Positions 50,624-63,600 of a stretch of DNA of 64,000 nt are shown here, piece by piece. The notes under the pieces were generated by a model. The model searched no databases. It was not told where the DNA came from and was given only the letters and a program-made list of their open reading frames with translations. Position 1 is the stretch's first letter, and the number at the start of each line of letters is the position of its first letter. This DNA is from Antechinus flavipes. Its lineage: Eukaryota. The stretch covers positions 245,396,001 to 245,460,000 of the forward strand of contig NC_067403.1 in assembly GCF_016432865.1 (NCBI RefSeq), in the 5' to 3' direction. The position numbers were made by a program, and so were the translations under genes.

Positions 50624-50859
50624 TGTGAGAGGGCCCCCAATTCCTCCCACCTGCTGTTTGCCCCATTTCTATCCTTTAATCTTTTGCCCACAGCCCACTT
50701 ACTTCCTGTATCTTAGCATTGTATATGAAACCTGTTTCAAGCCCTTTCTTTGGGTATCCTTGAACTTGCTGTATGGTACCCTAGACTGCAACACATTTGC
50801 CCTGATTAAAGATCACAATTAAGTTGTGTCAACTGTTTTCTATTAAATTCAGGTTGACA
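50624..50859 (+). mobile_element. Solo LTR candidate, related to 24949-25457
   Basis: tgtgagaggg...gtatatgaaacctgtttcaagccc...attaaag...attaaattcaggttgaCA. Confidence 0.6.
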
Positions 50860-52184
50860 TGTAGTACGTTAAAAGAAGTTTACTTTATCGACAATTCCTA
50901 GAAGGAGATTCCCACTGGGAATCTAGAAAACACTGACTCTCTGAAGCTTCAGATGGAAAGTGAGGAGCCTTATACCTACCATAGGAGATCTTTGCTAGGA
51001 AGTTACTGATTTAACAATTGTAGACTGATCTAAAATAAAAATAGCACAGGTTGGATAAGGATGAATGACAATAGAAAAGAATGTCCTCTTGGAAATATTA
51101 TAATTAGGATGAAAATGGAGGGTGAGGTGGCGGAAGAGACAGAGAACTAATTTTGACCACAATCGTCATCAAGGTGGATATCAGAAAGATTCCAAACTCC
51201 ATGGGAAATTTGGTCAATATTTCATAAATAAAAGGTGAGAAAGAAATCTTTCAAAAAGAATACAGTTAATTACATGACAGCTTAGGGAAAATATACACTA
51301 GAATTGATTGGAGAAATTTACTTAGCAGAATTAATACAAAGACCAAAATATCTCTGATATCAAAATTTCGAAAGCTACAGGTTGCATGATGTGGAAAATA
51401 CATATTACAGCTGAAAGATATTTGTCTTCCATTTAACACAGAGGAATTGCCTTCTTTTACTTTTTGTCTATCCTCAAGCCTTTAATCTCATGTCCTGACT
51501 GGATGCTAGTCTCATCTTCCCTAAATAATTCAGAGAAACCTAAACATGGCTGGGTCTATCTATGAATTCACCAAAATAACTTTCTTCCAAGAAATATTTT
51601 TTACATTTGCCAAATCATAGGATTCTTTATCATGAAGACATAGTGTAAAGTGAAAGACATGCTAACATGATATTAAAAGTTCTACATTGGAATACCCAAG
51701 AGTTATGCCAGTTTTTAAAAGAAAAAAAAAATCCTTTCATTGAATGAATCACTAAAAATAAGCTCAAGACTTTCTTCTAACTTCAGAATTTTTCACCTTG
51801 TCTGTGAACTTGAGAAACAGAAAGTGTGGGTTAAAAAGTTGTAATCTGATTTAGGTAGCTTATATCTGCTTTTCTAGCTTCTGAGGATTTCTTCTGGGAA
51901 TCATCTCAGGAGATACAACCCAATCATCCTTGTGTACAAAATCTGGTGTAGAATTCACATAGGATAAACAGGGTGATAGTTCTCTCATGATAGATTTTAC
52001 TGACATATGGTAATGTTTTTACCTAATTAGACTCCTTTCTTGGATACTTAGTTAGAATAAAAATCTTTTAGGAGAAATCTCTAAATTGATAGATGGATGA
52101 TAAATAAAGAAATATAATTTTATATGTAATAATTTATTTTTTGTGTGTATATCTACAAATATATAATACATACATTTAAGTACA

Positions 52185-52334
52185 TATAAGGTGTGTATAT
52201 ACAAATACACATATAAAGCATGCATAATGTACATGTATATGCATATGTGTGAATACATCCATCTATCTATATATATACACACACATATCTATCTATACAC
52301 ACATATCTATCTATCTATACACCCATATCTATCC

Positions 52335-52370
<36 letters not shown>

Positions 52371-52380
52371 ATATATATAA
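52185..52380. repeat. Compound TA/TCTA/CA microsatellite
   Basis: Direct read. Confidence 0.9.
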
Positions 52381-53019
52381 TGATAATGGAGGCTAAGTAT
52401 ACAGCACTTCCATAATCTGGGAAATCCACCTAAAATTTTCATATTATTTGTGACTTCCACAAAACTCCCAAAGAATTCCCAGTTAATTTCTTAAGCCAAC
52501 CCACTACGTGTTGAAACTATGATGAGGAAAGTCATGACATGGAAGGAATAACTGTACAATATATATGCTTAACACAGATGCTCACATACATGCACAAGCA
52601 CACACATAGTATAATACCCAATCAAGTGTCAGTGGTACCATACTATGAAATCAAAATTCTGGATTAAAAAAAAAAATTAATCATTTTCCTTATTAGAAAG
52701 GCCAATTCAAAAAAAGGGGAGAGGGGTTATTTCCATGTTATTTCTATAGGATTGGTTTGACCAATTGACATGGAAAAAGAGAGATCGCTTAAGGATTATA
52801 ATAAAAAAGAAATCAATAGGGATTTCTGAGAGATAATTGAGACCTGGACTAATGTAATCTCCGTAGAAATTGGAAGGGAAGAACCAAATGTAGAGGAATT
52901 TTATTCAAATAATTTATACAACTTGATCTGGAGAGACAGTTTCTAGACTGATTAAGAGGATGCATGAGAGAAACAGAAGTGAAGTAGCTTTGGGGGTATC
53001 ATTAAATTTAAGATATTAG

Positions 53020-53270
53020 GGCTGCTAAGTGGTGCAGGGAATAGAGAACTACACAAAGTAAAGAGTCAGGAAGACCTCCAGTTCACATATAATTTCATAT
53101 ATTTAGTAGCTATCTGTGTGACTCTGGATAAATCATATAATCCTGTTTGCTTCACTATCCTCATCTATAAAATTAGAGATACATTACCTCCTTCCTAGGA
53201 TTGTTGTGATGAACAAATAATATGTCATTTATCAATCACTTAGCACGTCTATCATATAATAGATGTTATA
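53020..53270 (+). mobile_element. MIR SINE
   Basis: gggctgctaagtggtgcagg...gagtcaggaagacc...cctcatctataaaatt...ggattgttgtga...cacttagcac. Confidence 0.7.
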
Positions 53271-53299
53271 TAAAAGTTATTATTATGTCAAAGTCATTC

Positions 53300-54060
53300 T
53301 CAGTTCCTCACCATTTCATATATCCTGCATCTAATGTATTGGTAAGGCCTATAAATTCCACCTTTGTAACCTCCCCAATATCCTCCCTTAACTGCATTGA
53401 CACTATCATCACCCTAGGGCAGACCCTCACCCCTTCATGGCTAGATTACTGCAATGCCTTCTGGTAAGCCTACCTGCTTCAAGTTTCCCATATTCCTATC
53501 TATTCCATTTAGCCACCAAAATGGTTTTCCTACAGGGCAGGTTAAACCATTCAGTTATACCTTAAAATCAAGTTTCTTCCTATCTACTTACAACCAAATG
53601 CAAAAAATCCTTTCTTTTGTTATTTAAATTATTTATGGGACTCCTATTTTTTCATTCTTTCTATATTTAAGTCCCCATTGCATACTTTTCAATTTTAGGG
53701 CACCAGTTTCTTATCTCATCTATCAATAAGATACTCAATTTCTTCTTTATGGGCATTTCTTTTGTTGTCTCATGCTTGGAGTGCTCTATCTCTTCAACTC
53801 TATTCACTTTCTATCCTGGTTTCCTTTAAATCCCAACTAAAAATCCTGGTTTTTATACTAAGCTTTTTCTTAACCCCTTTTAATTATAGAGTCTTCCTTC
53901 TGTTCACTATTTCACATTTATTCTAATTATATCTTTTTTTTTTTTTTGTATATTTATTTGAATGCTGTCTCCCCTGTTAGATTATGGATTTCTTGAGCAT
54001 CAGGACTTTTGTTTTTTGTTTTTGTTTATTGTAGTTTCAGTAATTAACTGGCACATAGTA
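53300..54060 (+). mobile_element. L2 3' region
   Basis: cttcatggctagattactgcaatgccttctgg...ctgtctcccctgttagattatggatttcttgagcatcaggac...tggcacatagta. Confidence 0.7.
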
Positions 54061-54075
54061 ACTTGATAATGATGC

Positions 54076-54575
54076 TGTTAGTAGCAGGGCAAAGAGTTGA
54101 GGTGGGAGAATCCCCTTCTGGTCAGCACAGGTTCAATGTGAAAAAATTTAGGAACCTGAAATATTTGACTGGCAAAAGGAAGTTTATTTTTGGCACTGCA
54201 GAAATCAGCTTTTGCTAGGAAGACTAATTTTCGAGTGTCAAGGTCCTGGCAGAGAGATCAAGGTCCTAGCAGAGACATCCTGGAAGAAAGATAAACAGCG
54301 GTATTAAAACTGATAAGAGGATATCGCTTCACAGCAGACAGGGCTCCTGATAGACAGCTGTGCCACTTTGGACCTCTGCAAATTATGAGTTTAAAAATGC
54401 CTTTTTATAAGAGATCAATTGAATGATATTACTGCCCCCAGGTCCCGATTTCCAGTAGAATGAGACCACTTAAATTCAAGCTAAATAGGAGTGGTCCTAA
54501 TTTTCAACTCAAAAGAGGGTGCAGCTAGTCCCATCAAGATAACAGAATAAAATCACTTTATCTTGATTATTTACA
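54076..54575 (-). mobile_element. Solo ERV LTR
   Basis: Minus strand TGtaaataatc...AATAAActtcc...gccctgctactaaCA; internal direct repeat caaggtcct(g/a)gcagaga. Confidence 0.65.
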
Positions 54576-55049
54576 GAGAGAGCCATAGAATGTCTATATC
54601 CTTTGCCTGTAATCTGTACCTATGTGACCTTGACCTTGACAGTGCTGGTCTCATTTTCCTCATTTATAAAATTGAAAAGAGATGGACTACATAGTTTCTA
54701 TGAATTCTTCTAGTTATAGTCTATGGTCTTATAAAATAAAGTTGTGGACTTCACTTATTAACAATGAACATCAAGAATATGATAAATCTTCATATTAATA
54801 TTGAATATTTGAACAACGTCAAAAAAATCAAATAGTTTATTGTGGTGGAAAGAACATCTACGGTGGAAATTATTTAATGAAAGTCTTTGGCTTTTTGAAC
54901 TTGAGCAAATTGCTTAACCCCATTAGATTTCAATCTTCACAACTGTAAAATGAGTAGTATTAGATGGGAATTTAGTCTCCACAGAGCTATGAATATTAAA
55001 GTGGTGTAAAGAGCCATCTGCAGCCTGAAAGAACTATGAGCTGTGAAAA

Positions 55050-55345
55050 CTGAATATGGATCAGTATTCTCACTTTTTTTTTTTTTTTTTTGGTGATAGT
55101 GTTTTCTTTTTCTTTTCAGTGTTTTATCTCCTTTTGATTTGATTAATCTTGAACAGCATAACAAATATGGAAATGTGGTTGGAAGAATTACATATGTTTA
55201 ATCTACAATATATTGCTTGCTGTCTAGGGAAAGGGGAAGAGGGTTGACAGAGGGAGAAAAATTGATAGAAAAGATTTTTCAAAGGAAAATGTTGAAATCT
55301 ATCCTTGCATATATTTTGAAAATAAAAAAGCTGTTATAGAAATTG
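55050..55345 (+). mobile_element. L1 3'UTR fragment
   Basis: ttgcttgctgtctagggaaagggg...aatgttgaaatctatccttgcatatattttgaaaataaaaaagct. Confidence 0.8.
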
Positions 55346-55698
55346 TTTAATAAATAAACAAAAAAGAAAATTAAATTGGAAAAATAAAACCTAAATTAGA
55401 AACTTAAAACCCACAAGGACATCAAAGAATAATGAAGGGTGAAGGTTTTGGATTTGAACAGGAACCCTTTGAACTTTGCTTTCATAAACATGTAAGCTCC
55501 TTGGGTGTAGGGAATGTCTATGTAATGAGAAGTAGAGATTCATACTCTTTACGTTTTGTAACAACCATTTAATGGAGAATGGGTGAGAGGTTTGCTCTTC
55601 AAGATAGAAAATAAAACACTGTCTTTGCCATTCCAAAAGTTTGTCTACTAATCTAGGTACCCATGTTTTTTGTTTGTTTGTTTGTTTGTTTGTTTGTT

Positions 55699-55740
<42 letters not shown>

Positions 55741-57549
55741 TGTTTTTGCAAGAATATAAAATAAATATTTCCTGCATTCATTAGTGAGTCAATGAAGTTC
55801 TTGGTAAGATATTTTGTTTCTTACACTATAGTTGTAAGTTGGACTGGGAGGCTGAAGGAAATAACTTCTTGCATTACTTTCTGCTCTAGCTAGCTAATTT
55901 CATAACTAAAATTAGTTATGAAGTTCCTTAAGCACTTGACAAATATGATCCCACTTTGTGAGAGATAGGTGCATTGCTATCTACATTTTACAAATGAGGA
56001 AACTGAGGCATACACACCATAAATGACCTGCATTCATCATTGAGTCAGTGGAGTTTTTGGTAAGATATTTTGTTTCTTATATTTGATGGGCTAGTTATTC
56101 AGCTTACATAACTTAATTTGCTCCATTCTCCTGCTAAATGTTTTTCTTATTTTTTTCTTTTAGAAAAAAAAAGTAAAATAGTGTCATATGCTCATTTATT
56201 GAATCTCTACACCCCAAACAAAATTTCTCCCCGTGTCAACAATACATCAATATATAGGCCCAAGTAAACATTATGGTTGTTCAATTATTTTTGTCATGTC
56301 CAATTCTTCATAATGCCATTTGGGGTTTTCTTGGCAGACACTATAGTGGTTTACATTTTCCTCCTCCAAAAGTAAAGATTATATATTCCAAAATGCAGTC
56401 TGACACAGGTATTGAGGGAAAATGTTCAGAGTGACGTCCTTGATTGAGAGAACAAGTCTTGATTTGAGTAAGCTGGATAAAAAAAAAATAATAATAGATT
56501 TGGGCAGTAGCACTTATCACTTTTCCGTAGCTTTTCCTTTATTTTTACTACCTTTTCATGTTGATTACTTCTCATTTGTCTTATATATACTTAGTACCTA
56601 TTTGTTTACATGTTTTCTCCCTATTGCATTGTATGCTCTTCTAGGAGGGATTATAGTTTCTTTCTTTATATATCCAATGTTTAGTATTTTTCCTGAAACA
56701 GGTCAAACATTTAATATTTATTGACTTACTGACACCTGGCACATGAGACCCAAACCAGTACCAAGCAAGATAAGCAATGAAAGGAATAAAGAAGTCCTTG
56801 AAAAGATCCTAGATCAGAAAGCGATATTTGTAGACCGTCTGATTCCTAAAGTAAAGAGAGTGACTCTAAGGGTATGTTATTCAAAAATATGAAGTGAGTG
56901 AATCAATAAGAGGCCTGAATGAAATATTTACTTATGAGGTAGAGAATTCTTATTTAAGTGCTATCTGTCTCCACCAACTTGCTCCTAGACAAGAATCTGA
57001 TTAATAAATATTGGGTATTTATAATTTATTTTAAAATAAATATATTTGTTATGTGAATATTTTTAGGGATTCTGAACATTTTCATGTGCCACAACTCCTT
57101 GAGGCAGTTTAGTGAAGCTTTTGCAACCTCTTTTATACTGATGGTTTTTATTGCATAAAATAAAATATTTAAGATGGCATAGGAAATATTTCTTTTAAAT
57201 TCACAGACCAAGTTAAGACTACTGTATAAATTTAAATTATATTCTTCTATTTACAAACATATATAAGCTATAGTTATAGTTAGTAATATTAATTTCAACT
57301 ACTTTAATACTCATCTGTATTTTTAAAAAGGACTCTTCATAATTCCTTTGACAAATATCACTAGCTAGTAGCATCAATATACAACAGACATTAATTAATA
57401 TTTTCTCAACAAATGAATGAATATTCCTCAACATAATGTAGTTCATTAGTATGTTTTAAAGCTTGTCTCCTTTGCATTTATATCCATCTCACCTACAATT
57501 TCACATATGGTAGGCACTTAAAAAATAGTATTAGCAATTGATTAATACA

Positions 57550-57917
57550 TGTTATGCCACTTGACTCATGCGACCATTGTGAAAATGGAATGGCTTCTGA
57601 CTTTACTAACCATCTTGATTTGCTTGAGTTCCCTTACTATCCAGAAAAAGCCAGATTGACTTGGGATCAGAATCAGTCAAGCAGGAGGCAAACTGGATGT
57701 CTTTCAGCTGGACATACCAAAAAACCTTTGCAGTGTGTGTTTGTTGAACCTGGAATATCTTCTGCTGTGCCATAGAAACAGCTGAGTCTGGCTCATGATG
57801 ATACTCAACCCAGTGGCCAAACCTAATGAAGGCAAATAGCCCAGCCTAATGGACCAAGAATCAAGTTTGAACAGAAAATCATATGATTAACTTCCCCCAC
57901 CCCATCTCTTATCTATG

Positions 57918-57948
<31 letters not shown>

Positions 57949-58056
57949 GTTTTAAATCTTTATAACCTCTGGTGCCTAAGTTCACCACAAAGTATTTTAC
58001 ACTTGTAACTCCCATGCATGTCAGACTGCTTAGGGGGGGAAAATATGCCTACAACA
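57550..58056 (+). mobile_element. Solo LTR candidate
   Basis: TGTT...AACA termini, GC-richer than flanks, tttataacc TATA-like near 57960. Confidence 0.45.
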
Positions 58057-58404
58057 TAACTCTTTTTAGAGACATATCTTTGAATATATGAAAATATTGA
58101 ATAGATTCTTAATTCACAAATTTTAATTTACTAATAATGATAAAACTCAAATACAGAAGTAGAATGGAACAATCTAGGAAGGAAGGGGAAATGAGAGCAG
58201 CACTGGGAATAAATAAGATTTATTTGGGATGAGACCAGCTAGAATAAAATAGAGGAAAGCTAAGAGACTATTACATCATTTTTTATGTATTAAAAATAAT
58301 TCCCTTCAATATTCCATGAGAAAAGGATAACATTTTACAAATAATTATGCCAATTCCCTTTTTCACATATCCACTTGGGGAGCAGGATGATGTTAAAAGA
58401 GGCC

Positions 58405-58617
58405 TTACTAATGAGCCCCTAATATTACTTTTTCCCCCTGGGGAAGATATTGTACATTAGAGATTTTTTTCCCTGAATTATATGAGGTGAGAGACATGTA
58501 ATTTTTTACTTATCCGAGGACTCAAGATGCTTCAGAAAACAAGCAAAAGTCTTAGTAAGATTTATGGGGCTGGGCCATATGAGCTCTGAGTACAGCTTTT
58601 CTCCTCAGCAGGTAAAT
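58405..58617 (+). promoter_or_regulatory. Homeodomain and O/E motif cluster with splice donors; no OR CDS downstream in the window
   Basis: TAATGA (58409-58414), CCCCTGGGGA (58435-58444), CATTAG (58455-58460), TCCCTGAATTA (58470-58480); donors GAG|GTGAGA (58487) and CAG|GTAAAT (58612). Confidence 0.45.
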
Positions 58618-59184
58618 TGACTATCCTATTGTACTAGTTTCTGATTTCTTGTTATTATTATTACCAGAGAAGAAAAACGTGATCAAAATCAAAGTAATTT
58701 TCAATGTTCTAATCATGACTTTCATTGTGTTCCATAGACAATCATCTCTCACTCTAAAGTCAGGAAAGTTATTTCTGTCTCCATGGAGTTTAGATAACTT
58801 CAAGAATGGGGCATTATTGAAATCCATTTTTTTTAAAACAAACTAAGTTATGAGCTTAAAATGAAAAAAAAAAACTGAACTTTTACTATTTTTATCTGGA
58901 CCATTTTATTCTCAACTGTGTAACAGATTTCTTTCAATATAAGGGGAACTCTTGCTCACTCTCTGATATGTCTGAGATACTGAAAGGTTAAACAGCTCAG
59001 AATGGATCACACAGTTCATCCAAGGCAGGGGAGGAGGTTTAGAGAGAAATCTTCAGCATTTCTGTGCTAGTTTGATAATCAATCACAGCAGGACTTCTTG
59101 ATTCCGAATCCATTCCTATCAATGAATCTCTCAAATGTCATCAGAAGGAATGTGAATAAGGGATTAGGAGTTCTGACTACCTGG

Positions 59185-59430
59185 TCTAAGGGACAGCTTG
59201 ATGGCACAGTGGATAGTGCTCAGATATCCCCCTGAGTTCAAATTTTCCCTAAAACTTACTAGTCATTTGACCCTAGATAAGTTACTTAAACCTATTTGCC
59301 TCATTTTCCTTATTTGTAATAGGAGCTAAAGGAAAAAAATGTGCATCTTTGTCACTCCGGTATCTTTCTCAATAAAGTCCCAAATTGGGGTCATGATGAG
59401 TCAGACACAACTGAAAAGTGTTCCAGCAAC
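59185..59430 (+). mobile_element. MAR1-like SINE
   Basis: gggacagcttgatggcacagtggatag...ccctagataagttacttaaacc...ggggtcatgatgagtcagacacaactgaa. Confidence 0.75.
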
Positions 59431-59789
59431 AACCATAACTACTATATCCTAGGAAATCAAATAATTTGTATTGGGTTATAAGAAAAATATATTTGATAGT
59501 TAAGGAGAATAATTTTGACTCTATATGACATTTTGCTTGCTTGAAAAGTTATGATGACATTGCTTTCTTTGAGTACCACAGATATGATATGTCCTGAGGA
59601 AGGGGGACAGGTAAAATATGATCTGAATAGGACAGGATTATATTTCTATACTAGACTGAAACTGACTTGTAACCTGTAAATGTCTGGATCTGAACAAACT
59701 AGGCCAGACTCAGGATAGTTAGGGATCAAACAATAGTTTAATTAATTTTAGAGTGAGGCAAAAGCTTGCAAATAGAATCCTCCCTTCCT

Positions 59790-60190
59790 GAAAAAGTGGA
59801 CTTAACATTGTGGAACAAAGGCAAGGATTATATACATTTAAAAATACAAGTGAGGTGGACCACATCACAATATTTTTAGATCCTGAGTAGCAGTTCGCAC
59901 AGTAATTTCTTGCATGGTCAATGCAGACCTTCCTGGGATCTATAGGAATTGACTCCAAGTTGATTGTCTCACATCATAAGAGTCATAAAGCTTAGTGATC
60001 ATCCCTTAGGTACAGAACCAGAGTAAGTGTGGCAGTAACAGGAGTACAACCAGTTATAAGAAACAGGAATAGTAAGCATACAAGAGATATGATGAATCAC
60101 TTTAGGCTGATGAAATCCTGTAGCAAACACATGGTGCTGGTCAAAGCAATATACTTTGGAAGAAGATGAGATCATGAAGAGTCCAATATT
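59790..60190 (-). pseudogene. Possible highly eroded OR pseudogene fragment
   Basis: Ordered motif-like hits on the minus strand (NIGLFMI, PKY, PKVI, VSYNW, YDSY, PRKVCI, HFF) across several frames. Could be chance. Confidence 0.25.
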
Positions 60191-60428
60191 ATTTTTCAAT
60201 ATATTGTGTCAAGCTCAGGGTATAGCCTACTTATCAGGCATTTATTCTCAAAACTGGGTGTCTCCAAATATTTTGATGATCTTAAGTAGGGAAAGGGAAG
60301 CTGAATGTTTTTTAAAATGCAAAACACTTGTCACTAGAGCAAGGATTTTTAAACTTTTATTTTTGAATCATTCTCACCTGAGATTTTTATTTGATCCCAG
60401 GCATATAGGTATCTAAAATAAGTATACA

Positions 60429-60605
60429 ACATATATTGTATTTAACATATATTTTAACATATTTAACATGTATGGGACTGCTTGCCATCTATGGGAGGGG
60501 GTGGAGGAAAGGAGGGGAAAAGTTGGAACAGAAATTTTTGCAAGGATCAATGTTGAAAAATTACTCATGCATTTGTTTTGTCAATAAAAAGCTATACTAA
60601 TAATA
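60429..60605 (+). mobile_element. Short 5'-truncated L1 3' end with TSD
   Basis: gggactgcttgccatctatgggaggggg...tgtcaataaaaagctat; TSD aaaataagtataca (60415-60428) / aaaataggtataca (60606-60619), 13/14. Confidence 0.85.
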
Positions 60606-63600
60606 AAAATAGGTATACAGATCAGTTACTGATAATAAATAATAATTTCACAGTCTCCACACTAAGTTATGAGACTCCATATGAGGTTAAAAGCCCCACT
60701 TTAAGAAGTAGGGTGCTAGAGAATTGAAGTAGGAAACAGTGAGCAGACAATGCATTGAACTACTCATAGGTGAAAACAATCATGGAGTTTGTGCAAAGTA
60801 GTTGAATATAAATTATTCAAGTTGGAGAAATAAGTAAACTTCCAAGTCTTTCTTTCTCAGCTGGTGTATATATCCCTCCAGAAGTATATACTATTAAAAA
60901 TGTTTTTGTAGGGATTTTGTGGATATTACAAGTTCTGGAAAGAAGAATCCTAGCAGTCTATCTCTAATGTTCTGATGACCAAAGGCCTGAATTTTCTGAG
61001 CTGTTTCTGTGAGGCAGGTAGATTTGGACAAGACTTAGAACACCCTACATGTAATGGTTTAAGAGAATTTGTGATAATTGTTCTCCCAATGTGTCTAACT
61101 TCTGCTTGACAGTAATTAACTATTTTATAAAATGATTACTGCTTATTTCAGACTAGGGGCAATGCAACTTACTAAGAGGAAAATAAAAAGATCATTTAAA
61201 AAGATGATAAAAAGAATATATGTACCTTCTGTTTAGAGACTTGAGTTCAAGAGGGAGGATGATCATTCCCATTCTTCTAAGCATGCTCACAATGAATATG
61301 TGATAAGAGTACTAGTCTTGTAAGGAAATAGAATTTCACATCATACAGGAATGTCTGCATTGGCGTGGAGCTGAGGAATAATATATGAAGTACTGAAAAG
61401 TGAAGGTCCCCTACTATATTAGAGGTAAGGAAGAATTAGAGAAGAATTATCAACTTTGCTTTGACTTGGTAAAGACCTTTTGCCTGGGTCTCAATGTCTC
61501 TTGAAGTTCTGCTGATGTGTCAGTGACATACCCTCCTGCTTCTATGCAGATAAGAACCCATTGTCATCTGTATTATTTATTGACATGGAGAATTTTTTTT
61601 TTTTGATAATCATTAGTTTTCTAAATTGTTGTTCATGAGGGAAAATAATGCCATAATCTCAGGGTTTTTTTTCTTTTTCTTTTTCCTTTTTTTTTTTCCA
61701 AATAGTTTTATAAAGAAATGTGTTAGGTCATTTAATAGAGGTACAGAATCCAGAAAAGAGGTATGACTCCCTCTCATCCATATTTTCAAAGGTTTTTATC
61801 ATACAGGTTTAGACAAGGATACCCACAGATAAACCACATTTATCCAGGTAGGCAGTTTTCCTGAGAAGTCACCTTGAAAGTAAAGTAGAGGGAAATGGAT
61901 AAGAACAAATGTTAACATTCCATAAAATTTGGGTGAAGCCAGAAAAAACCAAGAGAACATAAAACACAAGCTTTGATAGACCCAAAGCAAAAGCATTTGG
62001 TGGGGTCATAAGATAACAATGTTTTGGGTTGATTCTGGATCTGGGTGGGGGGACTTCTGATTCTTTGCAACCATTTTCAGCTTTCCTAGCAACTTAGTAG
62101 GGTCAACTGACAGTTGGAAGTGAAGAGAAAATCCCACAATCTTGAATTTAAGCAATATATTAATTAATGTTCTCCCCAAGAAATAGCAAAATTATTTCTC
62201 CACAAAGTTAACTTCATGTGAGTCTCTTCACTGCTTGAATTGCTCTTGTGATCTTAGCCATATAGTTGGGCACCTTAAAGCAATGGATTGAAATCTATAG
62301 ACTCAAACCCATTTCACCATTTAGCCTCATTGAATATATCATTTACTAGTAATTCATTAAATCTGTGGATTTAGCCATTATATTAAATGAATCTGGGTTT
62401 TTTTGGCTAGCAGGAAAAAGATGCTGATCATCAGGTATGAGTATCAAAACAAAAATTATAAAATAAAAGGGGTGTGTTTCTCATAAAAGTGATCACACTC
62501 CCATAGTATACTTTTTGAGAGGTAGTGTTCCATCTTATACTTTGCATGGAGCTTGAAACAGTATTGTTCAAGGATGCATTTAATCATTGGTTTTCCAAAA
62601 AGAAAAAAAGGAAATATATAAATAGAATTTGAAATTTGATCTCCATTATTTTCTCCATTACTTTCATAAGTCTAGATAGTCAACAAAATGACAAATTAAG
62701 CTTTTTTTTTTTTTTTTTTTTTTTTTTGCTGATTTCCAAAGTAAAAAGTTTCACACTAAATTTAATCACAACAGCTGGGACTGGTTTCAGTAGACTACTA
62801 CATGAAATTTACCTCATTGTACTCTCAGTCTTTGATTAGAGTTGAACTCACTGGGCCTAAGCTATACTTCAACACAGGACTGTGGTAGGACTGACTTGAA
62901 CCTTTATTTTTTTGTTTTTGTTTTTTGTTTGTTTGTTTGTTTGTTTACATCTATGAGTATATTGTGCCACAGAGGAACTGTGAAAAGCTATTTTTTTTTC
63001 AAATGACTTTTGAATATTAGTCTCTCTGCATTTATCAATGAAAGATATTTAGGAGTAAGAAAACTCCCTGGAATATTTTTACAATTACTTTAGCTTCAAT
63101 ACTACCAAAATCTTTGTGCAAGACAGAAGTCACAATTATAACTTTATATTTTCTTGAATCCAGGTTTGAACCATTAATTCAAAGTACTGCAGTTTACCCC
63201 AAATCCAGCTGAAATAGCTTAGCTTCTTTTCTATCAGTCAATAACTTAGAGAAGTTCAGAAAATTATTATCTTCTCACAATCATGTAGATTCTGAATTTT
63301 AAAATGGGTTTCAATTAAGCCTCTATTTCAAGAACTCAGTGATAGCAGTTCTCAGGCTCTGTAATTAGGCCATTCGATTTACTAGTTTGATTTTAATATA
63401 ATTTTGTTTTAATTTTACCAAAATTTGCTTTTCCACACTTCTATTCAGTGTGCTTATTTCTACCTTGATCAACCTAGCAGAACTAAAAAAAGGAATCTTT
63501 CATATTTGACATTCTTTAAAAATCTGATGAAAGGAGTTTAATTTCTACTACTTCCTCTCTTCCTTTATCTAGGTTAATCATTTTCTATTCCCTCACTAAT

